A stretch of 64,000 bases of DNA from Felis catus (lineage: Eukaryota): positions 47,742,001-47,806,000 of the forward strand of contig NC_058368.1 of assembly GCF_018350175.1 (NCBI RefSeq), written 5' to 3'. The translations under genes were made by a program, and so were the position numbers. Of this stretch, positions 51,625 through 64,000 are shown one piece after another. Below the pieces are notes generated by a model. It had not been told where the DNA came from. It searched no databases and saw only the letters and a program-made list of their open reading frames with translations. Each line of letters begins with the position of its first letter. The stretch's first letter is position 1.

Positions 51625-52055
51625 CATTATTTTTTACAAGTTTATTTATTTTGAGAGAGAGAGAGAAAACGTATGCAAGTGGGAGAAAAGCAGAGAGAGA
51701 GTGGGAGAGAGAGAATTCTAAGCAGGCTTCACGCTGACTCAGGGCTCAAACTCACAAACTGTGAGATCATGACCTGAGCTGACACCGAGAGTTGGACACT
51801 TAACTGACTGAGCCACTCAGATGCCCCTGTAGCTTTAAAAAATTTTTTTTTTGTAATGTTTATTTATTTTTGAGACAGAGAGAGACAGAGCATGAACGGG
51901 GGAGGGGCAGAGAGAGAAGGAGACACAGAATCGGAAGCAGGCTCCAGGCTCTGAGCCGTCAGCCCAAGCCTGACTCGGGGCTCGAACTCACGGACCGTGA
52001 GATCGTGACCTGAGCTGCAGTCGGAGCTTAACCGACTGAGCCACCCAGGTGCCCC
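51625..52055 (-). mobile_element. Two tandem CAN-SINEs (51625-51827, 51837-52055)
   Basis: Second element has TSD cctgtagcttt at 51826-51836 and 52057-52067. Confidence 0.93.
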
Positions 52056-52338
52056 ACCTGTAGCTTTTTTAAAGCATAGAACTTATATGGAATACAATCA
52101 GTCCAACCTAAATCACTAAGTCACATTTAAGAATTGGTGTTACTTTACATTAAAAAGTCGTTCTTAAGTTCATAATTTAAGAAAAAACATCAAACAGAGA
52201 TTTAGATAAATATATCCTGGCTAACTTTATTGATATTGGAAAGAGAATAAATAAGAAATAGTCATGTCAGGCATAAGTAGTAGGAACGGCATGCATTCTG
52301 GACAATGAAGGAGAAGAATCATGGAAAATTTGGAGGAA

Positions 52339-52344
<6 letters not shown>

Positions 52345-52379
<35 letters not shown>

Positions 52380-52422
52380 TGAGAGAGAGAGAGAGAGAGT
52401 GTGTGTGTGTGTGTGTGTGTGT
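52345..52422. repeat. Compound (GA)n(GT)n microsatellite
   Basis: Read directly. Confidence 0.95.
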
Positions 52423-53211
52423 AATGATTGAGACCTTCTCTATTTTTTACCTTTTCCCTACATCTTGGTGTAGCAAGTGCTAGAAATACAGAGACTTGAG
52501 CTCTTGTCCTGTTCATGTACTCAACAAGTTGTGTATCTTTGGTCAAGAGACTACTTTGCCCCTATAACCCTCAGATTTTTCATCTCTTAAATAAGGAGTA
52601 GATTCCCTGTCCATCTGTCTCTTCTTGGGTCACCTTTTAATGCTAATCTTTGGAAGTATTACAAAGAAAGTATCTTAGCATTAATTTCAGCCCATGTTTT
52701 TTTGTTCCTGTTCTTGGACCATTGGTTGGTTTCTTTGGAGACAGTTTCTGACTGTTATGCCAATTGTTACAAAGTTGTGAATATCAAATTACAACCTATA
52801 GTTAATATTCAGCATTATTAGAATATTTTAAAGCAAAATCCACCAGATACAGAGTTTGTGGAGTGAATATGGCATTGCCTTTCTCCCTATAGTCCTTCAG
52901 GAAAATCTGGTTTTATGGAGCTTAATTTAAAGCGTTTATAATCAATGATGGCACTTTTTTACTGTAGTAACTACTGTAATAAGAAGGAATTCTCTAGTAT
53001 TAAACATTGAGAATTAAAAAAAATTGAGAATTTAAATTTGAATGGTAAGTGAATAGGTATAAGAAATACAGTTTCAAAATAATAAAGAAACTTATATGAA
53101 TGCCGTCCAATTTGTAATAGCAGCAGTGCAAAAATTACAGGAACCATTTTATAAAGAACTTTTACAGATAAAATGGGACTCTTGTGAATTTTGTATTCAA
53201 AAAATTGAGTT

Positions 53212-53353
53212 TGGGGCACCTGACTGGCTCAGTTGGTAAGGCATATGACTCCTGATCTCAGAGTTGTGAGTTCAAGTCCCACACTGGGTGTAGAGCTTAC
53301 TTAAAATAACTGACTGACTGACTGAACGAATGAATGAATGAAGGAATGATGAA
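53212..53353 (+). mobile_element. Short CAN-SINE with an (ACTG)n/(GAAT)n tail
   Basis: TSD aattgagtttg at 53202-53212 and 53354-53364. Confidence 0.88.
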
Positions 53354-53848
53354 TAATTGAGTTTGGTTCTGTGAGATCTTTTGGAATAAATGTATTCTTT
53401 AAACGTGATGCTGTAGTGTTATCAGAGCTCTTTGCTTATTCAAACTGAACTTTGTATATGTATATAAGGAATCTATTAGGGGAAATGTTTAAAAGGAAAA
53501 AATATATACTCTTCTATTTAGTTTCCAATAAAAATAAGACAAAAATTTGATCTATTTCTTTGTAGGAGTAACTCTAAAAAATAGAAAATAAAAGCTTTTT
53601 GTATTAAGACAGGAGACTTGATTCTCTTGGATAATATTTGTCAATTTTCAAAATTTGGAAGCTCCCAGGCAGAGGACAGAGATCTTATCTGTTTTGTTTA
53701 TTGTTGTATCACCAGTTTTATATGTGGTATATGCTTCATGCTTGTTTAATTATTGACTAGATATATGTGTTTCCACGGAAAATCTTCCTTTATATTCTTT
53801 CACCCAATGATTGTAGGTCGTCATATACTAAAGTTATTTTATTCATAT

Positions 53849-54070
53849 CTTTAAAAAAATTTTTTTTAATGTTTATTTATTTTTGAGAGAGACAGAGACA
53901 GAATGCGAGTGGGTTAGGGGCAGAGAGAGAGGGTGACACCGAATCCGAAGCAGGCTCCAGGCTCTGAGCTGTCAGCACAGAGCCCGACGCGGGGATCGAA
54001 CTCACAAGCTGTGAAATCATGACCTGAGCCAAAGTTGGACGCTCAACCGACTGAGCCACCCAGGCGCCCC
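53849..54070 (-). mobile_element. CAN-SINE
   Basis: TSD ttttattcatat. Confidence 0.95.
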
Positions 54071-55505
54071 TATTTTATTCATATTTTCTGGGCTTTATGC
54101 CTTACTTTGACTAAGATATTATTCGTAGGAATGACTTGACCATAGGTAAAGTAGTCTTGCCTAGTTCTTTTTTTTTTTTTTTTAAACTCTTTGACCATTT
54201 TTTTTCCTCAGTGATTAAGAAGTGTTTCTAAATTTGTTGCTCTGTTCCAGACTCAAAGTGATTTAGACATATATTCACATTTGGGCATTTCTTGAATTGT
54301 CTGCCTCAGGCACTAGGAGGAAGTGACATCTGACATCTCGTTAAAGTAACTGTGGAAAGAATATGTGGCCTTTGTAATTAGGAACTGATAACTAATCAAT
54401 GAGCAAGGGTTGGTTGTTTGGTAAACCACTGATAGCTTGAGTAAAGGGCATTTTTTACTTAATTTAATTATTTATATATTAGATTTGAGATAATAGCTAT
54501 AGTTAGACGGAAATAGAAAGTCTTTGACAATATATTTATAAAATGGTTGTATATTTATTTAGAAAATATGCAAATTCTTTATCTGAGCATTGGATTCTCA
54601 GTGTCTCACTTCTCTAGGTGTTAGATGGTTTTCTGCTTATTGAAACCATCTCTTCAGATGACTTTGAATAAGAAATCAGAGAGTGGTATTCCCATTTGCA
54701 TGGCCTACTCTTCTCTTACTTCCTAGGTGAGGGACCAAGTTTTAGAATTGAACTGAATTGCTTGGCCTACTGATGAGATTTGTTTCAGGACCGAGTTGGG
54801 CCTTTTGGCCTCTCCAGTCAGCCTCACAATGTACATTCCACACTTGCAAATAGGCTCGCACAGGAGTCTTCTTGAAGCAACAGCCAGTTTTATTTGAGCG
54901 GTCTTGCAACTTGAAGATAAGCAATGCCAAATTTAACCAGATGGTGAATATAGAGTTACTTACAGATAAACTTAACTTGATGCCAATGGTTTTACATACA
55001 TCCAACAACTAATTAATTTAAAAATGCTTTCCCCAAAAAAGCATACAAGCCATATCCATTTGGCATTAATAACTTGAGATAAAGACATTAAAAATGATCA
55101 GTGTTGTGGTCTTTCCTTTTCCCTGTTTAATATGATATGCTGGTCAGTACAAATTTAGTTCCTGCTTTTCAAATGCCTCATGTTTCTTCACACACTTACT
55201 TTATCATTTGTCATGCATAAAAAAATCTTACCCTTATAAAAATTCAACTTACATAAAAGTATACAATACATATGAAATTCCCCTTTCCTAAAATGCCCCT
55301 CCCTACCCTGAACACCATATCTCACTTCCCTCCCAGAAGTAACCACTGATAAGATTTTGTTATATTTTCTCCTTGACCTTTATTCTCTGCATAAGTATAA
55401 ACAATTCTATCTGCTTTGAATTTCGTATGTAGAATCATATCGCATATATTGTTCCATAATTTCATGTTTTCATCTGCATTTTTTCATATCCGTACACAGA
55501 GATCC

Positions 55506-55508
<3 letters not shown>

Positions 55509-55550
<42 letters not shown>
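55509..55550. repeat. (CT)n microsatellite followed by poly-T
   Basis: Read directly. Confidence 0.93.
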
Positions 55551-55559
<9 letters not shown>

Positions 55560-55624
55560 TTAATGCTGCAGAGTAAATATCAACAGAATACCACTCGGTG
55601 TACCTTTTTTGGGTTTTACTATTT

Positions 55625-55654
55625 CTCTATTTTTTTAAGTTTATTTATTTGTTT

Positions 55655-55692
<38 letters not shown>

Positions 55693-55842
55693 CAGAGGGA
55701 GAGGGAGACAGAGAATCCCAAGCAGGCTCCACACTGCCAGCGTGGAGCCCAGCATGGGGCTCGAACCCACAAACCGTGAGATCATGACCTGAGCTGAAAC
55801 CAAGAGATGAACACTTAACCAACTGAGCCAGCCAGGAGACTC
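55625..55842 (-). mobile_element. CAN-SINE
   Basis: Typical body with expanded (GA)n. Confidence 0.92.
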
Positions 55843-56889
55843 ACCATTTCTTTATTAATAAATCATTCACGTTCTGTTCTCCCCCCAATATTTCTGTTAC
55901 AAAAAAGTTTCAATGAACTTTCTTGTACATATTTTTTCAAGTGCTTCCTTTGTTTGTTTGTTTGTTTGTTATTTCTAATGAATTGCTTTAGTAGATTCAT
56001 TCTGCATTGCTGGTCTTGTATATCTAATGCAAAAGTTGGAATGTGAAATGCTGAGGTACTACTTTTGCCTTTTCCGAAGTTTTACAGCTGCATCAAAAAT
56101 GAGGAGCTGTTCTAGTTATTGAGCTGTTGAATTCCCCTTTCCACTGAGATTCCCCTTGAACTCCAGGGAAGAGAGAACATGGTCATGGCAGGAAAGTTGG
56201 AGATCCACCTGTTGATTCATCCACTAATTAGCTCTTGTCTTCAAAATAAACAACTCAAAACCTTTCTCAACACTACATACCTCTATATTTATGGCTTCTC
56301 ATTGCAACTTTCTCTCTACATTTGCAGTCAAACTTCACTACTGAGGAATCTTTGCTTCTGAGTGCCCACTTCCCATTCAGCTCTCCACCCACTGCAGTCT
56401 GGGCTCTGTCCCACCTCAGCCACCACCAGGGAAATTGCTCCCTTAGTGACCATCTGTCACCAAGTTCTTGCACGCCCTCCTTCACCTGGCCTCTAGGCAC
56501 CACTCAAGACTCTTGAATGCTTCTTGCTGAAGTTCCCACGTCCTTTGTTTTCTGTGACACAACTGGATCTGTCTGTTAGTTCTCCTTTAGAAGAAAGTAG
56601 CAGGAAACTCAACCCAAACTGGTTTAAGTAATAAGGAAAATCATAGGTAGTTCCCACAAATGGAAGTCCCGAAGTATCAGGGTGGGCTCCAGCTCTGTAT
56701 CTCTGTGATTCTTCTGGCTTGGTTTTCTTCCTTCAGTTGGTTTCTTTCTCAGACTGGCAGGGAGCAAGGGCTGTGGCAAGCCTGGGTTTCACAGTTACTG
56801 AGGATGACGTCTGGAGGAAGGGAAGGCATTGCTTCTTAAAGTTCTAAGAGAATCATGAAGAATTTCTCTCGAGTCCCATTAAACTTTTT

Positions 56890-57431
56890 TTTCTTTTTTA
56901 AAATATATGTTTCCAGTTTTATTAAAATAATTAATATATAACATTGTATAAGTTTCATATGTACAACATGACCTGATAATATGTATGTATTGTGAGATGA
57001 TTTCCACAATAAGTTTAGTTAACATCCATCACTTAGTTATAATCTTTTTCTTGTGATGAGAACTTTTGTTTTTTATTGTTTTTAAAAAAGTTTCAATTTA
57101 ATTTTTAAAAAAGTTTATTTATTTACTTTGAGAGAGAGAGAGAAAAAGAGAGAGAGAGTGGGGGAGAGGTAGGGAGAGAGAATCTCAAGCAGGCTCTGTG
57201 CTGACAGCATGGAGCTCTGTGCGGGGCTCAATCTCACAAACTGTGAGATCGTGACCTGAGCCCAAATCAAGAGTTGGACACTTAACTGATTGAGTAACCC
57301 AGGTGCCCCTAAAGTTTTTATTTAAATTCCAGTGAGTTAACATACAATGTAATATTAGTTTCAGATATACAATTTAGTGATTCAACACTTCCATACAGCA
57401 CCTGGTGTTCATCACAAAAGGTGCACTCCAT

Positions 57432-57468
<37 letters not shown>

Positions 57469-59125
57469 ATAATTTATTTTTTAATTTCCATCCAAGTTTG
57501 TTTGCATATAGTGCAACAATAATTTCAGGAGTAGATTCCTTAGTGTCCCTTACCCATTTAGCCCATCCCCCGTCCCACACCCTTCCAGTAACCCTCTATT
57601 TGTTCTCCATATTTAAGAGTCTCTTATGTTGTGTCTGCCTCTCTGTTTTTATATTATTTTTGCTTCCCCTCCCTTATGTTCATCTGTTTGTATTTTAAAG
57701 TCCTCATATGAGTGAAATTATTTGATATTTGTCTTTCTCTGACTCGCTAATTTTGCTTAACATAATACCCTCTAGTTTCATCCACGTAGTTGCAAATGGC
57801 AGGATTTCATTCTTTTTGATTGCTGAGTAATACTCCGTTGTATATATATACCGCTTCTTCTTTATCCATTCATCCATCGATGGACATTTGGGCTCTTTCC
57901 ATACTTTGACTATTGATGATAGTGCTGCTATAAACATGGGGGTGCATGTGTCCCTTCGAAACAGCACACCTGTATCCCTTGGATAAATACCTAGTAGTGC
58001 AGTTGCTGGGTCATAGGGCATTCTATTTTTAATTTTTTGAGGAACCTCCATACTGTTTTCCAGAGTGGCTGTACCAGTTGGCATTCCCACCAGCAGTGCA
58101 AAAGAGATCCTCTTTCTCTGCATCCTCAGCAACATCTGTTGTTGCCTGAGTTGTTAATGTTAGCCATTCTGACAAGTGTGAGGTGGTATCTCATTGTGGT
58201 TTTGATTTGTATTTCCCTGATGATGAGGGATGCTGAGCATTTTTCATGTGTCAGTTGGCCATCTGGATGTCTTCTTTGGAGAAGTGTCTATTCATGTCTT
58301 TTGCCCATTTTTTCACTAGATTATTTGTTTTTTGGGTGTTGAGTTTGATAAGTTAGGTGCACTCCTTTTTTAAAAAAATTGTTTTTAAGTTTATTTACTT
58401 ATTTTGAGAGAAGGAGAGAGGGAGAGAGAGAGCACAGGAAGGGCATATAGAGAGGGAGAGAGAGAGAGAATCCTAAACAGACTCTGCACCATCAGTGTGG
58501 AGCCCAATGTGGGGCTTGAACTCACGAACTTGAGCTGATGCCAAGAGTTGGCCACTTAACCCACTGAGCCACCCGGGCACCCCAACAGGTGCACTTCTTA
58601 TCCCCACCACCTATTTCACCCATCTCCCTAACTACCTCCCCTCTGGTAACCATCTGTTTGTTCTCTAGAGTTAAGAGTTGATGAGAAGTTTTATTTTATT
58701 TATTTACCTACTAATTTTTTTTAATGTTTTATTTATTTTTGAGAGAGAGAGACAGAGCACACATGGGGTTGGGGTCGGGGGTGGGGGTGGGGGGTGGCGC
58801 AAGGAGACAGAATCTGAAGCAGGCTCCAGGCTCTGAGCTGTCAGCACAGAGTCTGATGTGAAGCTTGAACTCATGAACCACAAGATCATGACCTGAGCTG
58901 AAGTTGGATGCTTAACCGACTGAGCTACCCAGGTGTCCCGATGATGAGAACTTTTAACATATAGTCTCTTAGCAGCTCTCAAATATACAATGCAGTACTT
59001 TTTTGTTATTGTTTGTTTGTTTTAACAATACAGTACTGTTAACTATAGTCACCATCCACATTACATCCCCTGTACCTACTTATCTTATAACTGGAAGTTT
59101 ATATCTTTTGACCACCTTCACCCCT
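56890..59125 (-). mobile_element. Nested cluster: old L1 3' end split by a carnivore L1, plus a younger L1 and three SINEs (57090-57309, 58366-58583, 58693-58940)
   Basis: Repeated target sites tgatgagaa(c/g)tttt (57054, 58679, 58942) and aggtgcact(c/t)c (57419, 58355, 58587). Confidence 0.85.
57430..58354 (-). mobile_element. 5'-truncated carnivore/felid L1 (ORF2 C-terminus plus 3' UTR)
   Basis: ORF 57704-58135 carries L1 ORF2 C-terminal motifs ([49 protein letters not shown]). TSD aggtgcactcc. Confidence 0.95.
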
Positions 59126-60669
59126 TTCATCAACCTTTTCTTTAATCTCATCAGGTTACTTGTTCCCCACAGTCCCCAGTGGGAGGACTGATTATCTAAA
59201 GGGAGTGAGATTATCTTTAGACTAGTTAGCTCAATCCTTGGAACTGAGACCTTGAGTTTTTAGACCTTTTTAGAGGCCCATGCGCTTCTTGGGAGGAGGA
59301 ATTATGTGAAGAAGAGCAGGAAATGGATACTTGTCAGGAAACCAACAATGTCCACCGCGATGTCTGCTCCCTGGTTTTTATTTTAGTTTTCTTGTTTTGT
59401 TTTGCTTTTAATCTCAGGTTTCTCTTCTTGGTTCCCTAATGATTTCCTCTTCTGCCCAGCCCTTTAATGTGATGATCCCCAGAGTATCTCTCTTGCTTTC
59501 TTCTCTTCTCACTGTTCATGTTATCCCTGGGACAGTTCATTCACTTCCAAGGCTGTGTATGCTGATGACTCCCCAATGTACCACTTCAGGCCATGGAGTT
59601 TTTATAAACGGTTGACTCTTTTATCCAGTTGTGTATTGTACATCTCCACTTTATTTCAAATTCAGCATGTCCCAAACTGAGATAATCGCCATAGCCCCAA
59701 ACCAGCACATCCTTCCGTATTCCCAGTCTCAGTCCAGGACCTCATCGAACACTATTCCCAAAGTCATTGTAGACCCCTTTTGCTTCCGGACATTGAAACA
59801 GTCACAAAGCCTTGTTGATCTAGCCACCAAAATTTAACAGGGCCACAGGCTATAAGAAGTCCTTCCTCTACTACCCTTTATCTCCATTTGGGTTGTGCTC
59901 TTGTCTAACGTGATCTTATGGCACTTCATGTATAACTCTATAAGAACACTAATGTCGTTCACTACCTTCTTGACTATAGGTACCACATCTTATTCATTTT
60001 TAATATCCCTGTTCTCAGCAGAACTCCTTGAACACTGGAGGTGTTCAGGAAACTTTTAGATGATTATTGAATGAGTTTGTCTTTAAACTCTTATTAGGCC
60101 ACTATTATTTTCAGACATTCTTCCGAACTCTGAATGTCTGATGCACTTCATTGACAGACTTGGTCCTGTTCTGTGGTTGGAGTGGGTGGAGTCAGTGGAA
60201 AAATGCCAGAATCTGTGTCCTAAGGCAGTGAGTGCCAGGTCAGGGCCAGTGTAAACAATTTGAAACTGGGTCAGAGATCCAAATAGGGCTGGATGAATCT
60301 AGGAAGCTAAGGCAGGAAGCCAGTTGGGTTGGTGTCTGAGTTTTGGAAGAGGCTAATGGGAAGAAAATCTTAGAATTAATCTCAGGTCCACGAGAGATGT
60401 CTATGGAAGCTTTTTGTCCAGCTTAAGATGCTCAGAGTGTCATAGTCATTCGATACAATCATAAATAGGAAATGATTCCTAACCTAGTAGGAACTTATGG
60501 TTAAGTGGGAAAATAGATATGTAACAAAAACTTACACTTTAATGTAAGAAGTGATATAGTAAAAAATATGTATTAAGAGATCTAGAAGGAGTTAATGCAT
60601 GTGCTTAGAAATTGTGATGACCTTGAGGGGACCTTTGTTAAGTGATTTTTTTTAAAGATTAACACCTCA

Positions 60670-60842
60670 GGGGTGCCTGGGTGCTCAGTTGGTTAAGCAT
60701 CTGCCTTCAGCTCAGGTCATGATCTCACAGTTTGTAGGTTCAAGCCCTGTGTCAAGGCTCCGTGCCGACAGATCAGAGGCAGAGCCTGTGGAGCCTACTT
60801 CAGATTCTGTCTCCCTCTCTCTCTGCTTCTCCCCTGCTCATT

Positions 60843-60919
<77 letters not shown>

Positions 60920-60975
60920 ACGTGCACATGCACTCACTTTCTCAAAAATAAACATTTAAAAATTAAAAAAAACCC
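60670..60975 (+). mobile_element. CAN-SINE with an internal (GT)n(GA)n microsatellite (60845-60918)
   Basis: TSD taacacctca at 60660-60669 and 60989-60998. Confidence 0.92.
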
Positions 60976-61012
60976 ACAAAAATACAGATAACACCTCAGA
61001 TTTAGCATTTAA

Positions 61013-61215
61013 TCTTTCTTTATTTTTGAGAAAGAGACAGAGTGTGAGCAGGGGAGGAGCAGAGAGAGAGGGAGACACAGAATCCAAAGCAGGCTCCGGG
61101 CTCTCAGCTGTTAGCACAGACAACTCCAACGAAGTGGGGCTCCAACTCAGGAACTGTGAGATCATGACCTGAGCTGAAGTCGGATGCCCAATGGACTGAG
61201 CCGCCCAAGCACCCC
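61013..61215 (-). mobile_element. CAN-SINE
   Basis: TSD atttagcatttaa at 61000-61012 and 61218-61230. Confidence 0.92.
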
Positions 61216-61397
61216 AAATTTAGCATTTAACTCCATACATTTCCCCAGGATAAATCACTTCCTTTAATACATAGGCAAAAGTTGGTTTGTTCCACTGTAT
61301 CTATATGTCATAATTTTTTTCAGGGCTCATAGGGACTGCCATTCTATGGAAATCTTTTCAATAGCTTGGTACTCAAGCTATAAATATGAGAGTTTTT

Positions 61398-61401
61398 ATA
61401 T

Positions 61402-61441
<40 letters not shown>

Positions 61442-61647
61442 AAGGTTTATTTATTTATCTTGAGAGAGTCAGAGACAATGTGAGTAGGGAGGGGCAGATA
61501 GAAAGGGGGAGAAAGAGAATCCTAAGCAGGCTCTGTGCTGCCAGCACAGAGCCCAATGTGGGGCTTGAACGCAAGAAACCGCAAGGTCATGACCTGAGCT
61601 GAAACCAAGGGTCCGAGGCTTAACTGACTGAGGCACCCAAGCACCCT
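61398..61647 (-). mobile_element. CAN-SINE with a (TTTA)n tail
   Basis: Typical body, degenerate TSD tga(g/a)agttttt. Confidence 0.92.
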
Positions 61648-62172
61648 GAAAGTTTTTTTTATTTGAGCATGGTTTTTATGCAGAAAAAGATTCAGAGTTT
61701 ACTTTAGATATATAAAAGTTAATATTTAATATATTACATTTATCATTATACATTTAAATTATGAATTGTAAATACTTTGTTCTCCTGTATGCTTTTAAAT
61801 TTAGCTTGTAATCTTACTATTCTACTTAAAAGTATAGCAAATTTTAACGTCAGTTTATAGGAATTTAAATAATGTTTGTAAATAAAAGCCCTTAAACATT
61901 TAAAACTGCATTTTTAAATGTAATATGTGTGATTTTCCTATGATTTAACAAAGAAAATCCTTCTTAAGTTTTAAAACAACTCTTCTAAATCTAATCGAAC
62001 ACAAATGTAGATTATCTTAAATATTCTAATGTTATTATACAGTTAGATTTCAACAAATCAAAATCTGTTATACAATTATATACATTTTAAATTTACAAGT
62101 TTGACTCTTTATTCTAATAGGTCAAATTTTATTTTGCATAATGAATACTTAAAATAACCAAGTATGCTCAGA

Positions 62173-62521
62173 TTTTTTTTTTTTTTTTACTTCTGCTGTT
62201 TACTTATTTCGAAGATACAGGATTCAGGTAGGGGCAAAAAGACAGGGTCCAGTTATGTTGCTCAGGCTGGAATCCAGTGGTATAATCTTGCTCCTAATCA
62301 GCAGGATTGTTTTGACCTGCTGTGTTTTCTACCTGGGCCGGTTCACACCTCCTTAGGCAACCTGTTGGTCCCCACTCCAGGGAGGTCACCTTAGTGATAC
62401 AGAACTTAGTGTGGACACCTGACATACATAGGGCACCATGGCCCAGAACTCCTGGATTTAAGGGATCCTCATGCCACAGCCTTCCAGGTAGCTGGGACTA
62501 CAGGCACATGCCATGCCTGGT
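62173..62521 (-). pseudogene. 7SL (SRP) RNA processed pseudogene with 3' extension and poly-A
   Basis: The reverse complement carries the Alu domain (gcctgtagtcccagctacc) and the S domain (ggtgacctccctggagtggggaccaacaggttgcctaaggaggtgtgaaccggcccaggtagaaaacacagcaggtcaaaac). CpGs are decayed, with a small deletion, an A16 tail and TSD agattttt. Confidence 0.93.
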
Positions 62522-63231
62522 TAGATTTTTAAACATAGAAATATTAATCATAGGAGTTTGGTTTTCTTAACCATTTCTCTGCTTAATTGGAAACTCTTCC
62601 AAGGCTGGGAGATGCTTACTCCATGTAGACAAGATTACATCTCAATTTTTTTTTTCCCTTAATGCAGTTGCATTCTCAGAGACTCTGGGACACCCTGAAT
62701 TTTATTGTAGCTGGGGTGATTTCACGTTCCTAAATGCTGGATTTAAGAGATATATTTCCTAATAATTCCATCTATTCATCACTTCTGTAATTCCTGCTGG
62801 CCTGCTATCATCACTTGATTGAATTTTGCATTTCTTTGACTCTTAAGATATTTAAATGTCTTTCCATCTACTGGATCTAATGACTATTGTGCTTGTGAAT
62901 TTTTTGCATTCTTTTTATATCCTTACTGTCTGTTAGGGCCTGAAGCACTCCCTAATATAAGGTCAGCCCACTGAAATCTGGCTATCCTTCAAGACTTTGT
63001 CTTAGTAAAGTCACAGTTTTGAAGGTCATCCTGACTTAGGCCAGCCAGGATCTTCTACTGTGTTTGCTGATCATCTCTCTAAGCCTAGTTGGCTCATTCT
63101 CAGTTGTTCAGGTCTCAGTTTGAATGTCCCCCCCTCAGAGTTTCTCTCTTGGGTTGTTCTTTTTAAGAGAGCACTCCTTTATTATTTTACATAACAGCAC
63201 TTCTTAAAAAATGTTTTTCACACCACATAAG

Positions 63232-64000
63232 AAAATCGTAAGGAAGAAGAACAAAGTTGGAGGTATCACAATCCCAGATTTCAAGATGTACTATAGAGTT
63301 GTAGTAATCCAAACAGTAGGGGACTGGCACAAAAATAGACACGTAGATCCATGGAATAGACCAAAGAGCCCAGAAATAAACCCATGCTTATATGGTCAAT
63401 TAATCTACAACAAAGGAGGCAAGAATATACAATGGGGAAAAGACAGTCTCTTCAAATGGTGCTGGAAACCTGGGCAGCTACATGCAAAAGGATGAATCTG
63501 GACCACTTTCTTACACCATATACAAAAATAAACTCAAGTGGATTAAAGACCTAAATATGTCACCTGAAACTGTAAAACTTCTAGAAGAAAACATAGACAA
63601 TCATTTCTTCAACATTGGCCACGGAAACATTTTTCTAGATATGTTTCTTGAGTCAAGGGAAACAAAAGCAAAACAAACTGTTGGGACCATACCAAAATGA
63701 AACACTTGCACGGTGAGGAAAATCTTCAACAAAATGAAGACAACCTACTGAATGGGAGAAAATATTTGCAGGTGACATATCTGGTAAAGGGTAAATATCC
63801 AAAATATATAAATGATTCATAAAACTCAGCACCCAACAAGCAAATAATCTGATTAAAAAAATGGGAAGAGAACCTGAATTGACATTTTTCCAAAAAAGGC
63901 ATACAAAAGGCCAACAGATACATGAAAAGATGCTTAACATCACTAATCATTAGGGAAATTTAAATCAGAACCACAACAGGATATCACTTCACATCTGTTG
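63232..64000 (+). mobile_element. Carnivore L1 ORF2 fragment (frameshifted), continues beyond the window
   Basis: [17 protein letters not shown]...[39 protein letters not shown] and KWIKDLN motifs. Confidence 0.95.

Noticed and set aside
62241..62521. Alu element or primate contamination
   Set aside because: It contains the 7SL S domain that Alu lacks, is monomeric, and sits among felid repeats.
62241..62521. Functional 7SL RNA gene
   Set aside because: Heavy CpG decay, an internal deletion, a poly-A tail and a TSD indicate a retropseudogene.
57704..64000. L1 ORF2 fragments as active or domesticated genes
   Set aside because: They are truncated and frameshifted.

Overview
Mammalian genomic DNA, almost certainly from a felid (cat-like) carnivore: it is full of tRNA-derived CAN-SINEs of the feline SINEC_Fc type and carnivore L1s. 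The first ~10.4 kb is the 3' end of KLF5 on the + strand: the distal part of the last intron, the terminal coding exon (zinc fingers 2-3, 8641-8819) and a ~1.6 kb 3' UTR rich in miRNA and Pumilio sites, ending at AATAAA 10418. The remaining ~53 kb is non-coding downstream sequence. It holds most of the ~38 CAN-SINEs, L1 fragments, two near-complete HAL1-like elements, MLT1 LTRs, MER20/MER58/MER5 DNA transposons, L2/MIR relics, microsatellites and a 7SL retropseudogene. I found no convincing new protein-coding system; the other ORFs in the track are repeat-derived or noise. The most unusual items are a 7SL retrocopy carrying 47 nt of post-terminator read-through sequence, a multi-level nested transposon cluster with repeatedly reused target sites, an in-frame upstream NAGNAG acceptor that would lengthen the KLF5 ZF1-ZF2 linker, a near-abutting inverted SINE pair, a SINE strand bias and a 10 kb SINE-free block. 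Repeat family names come from recognition by eye, and repeat boundaries are approximate unless TSDs are quoted.
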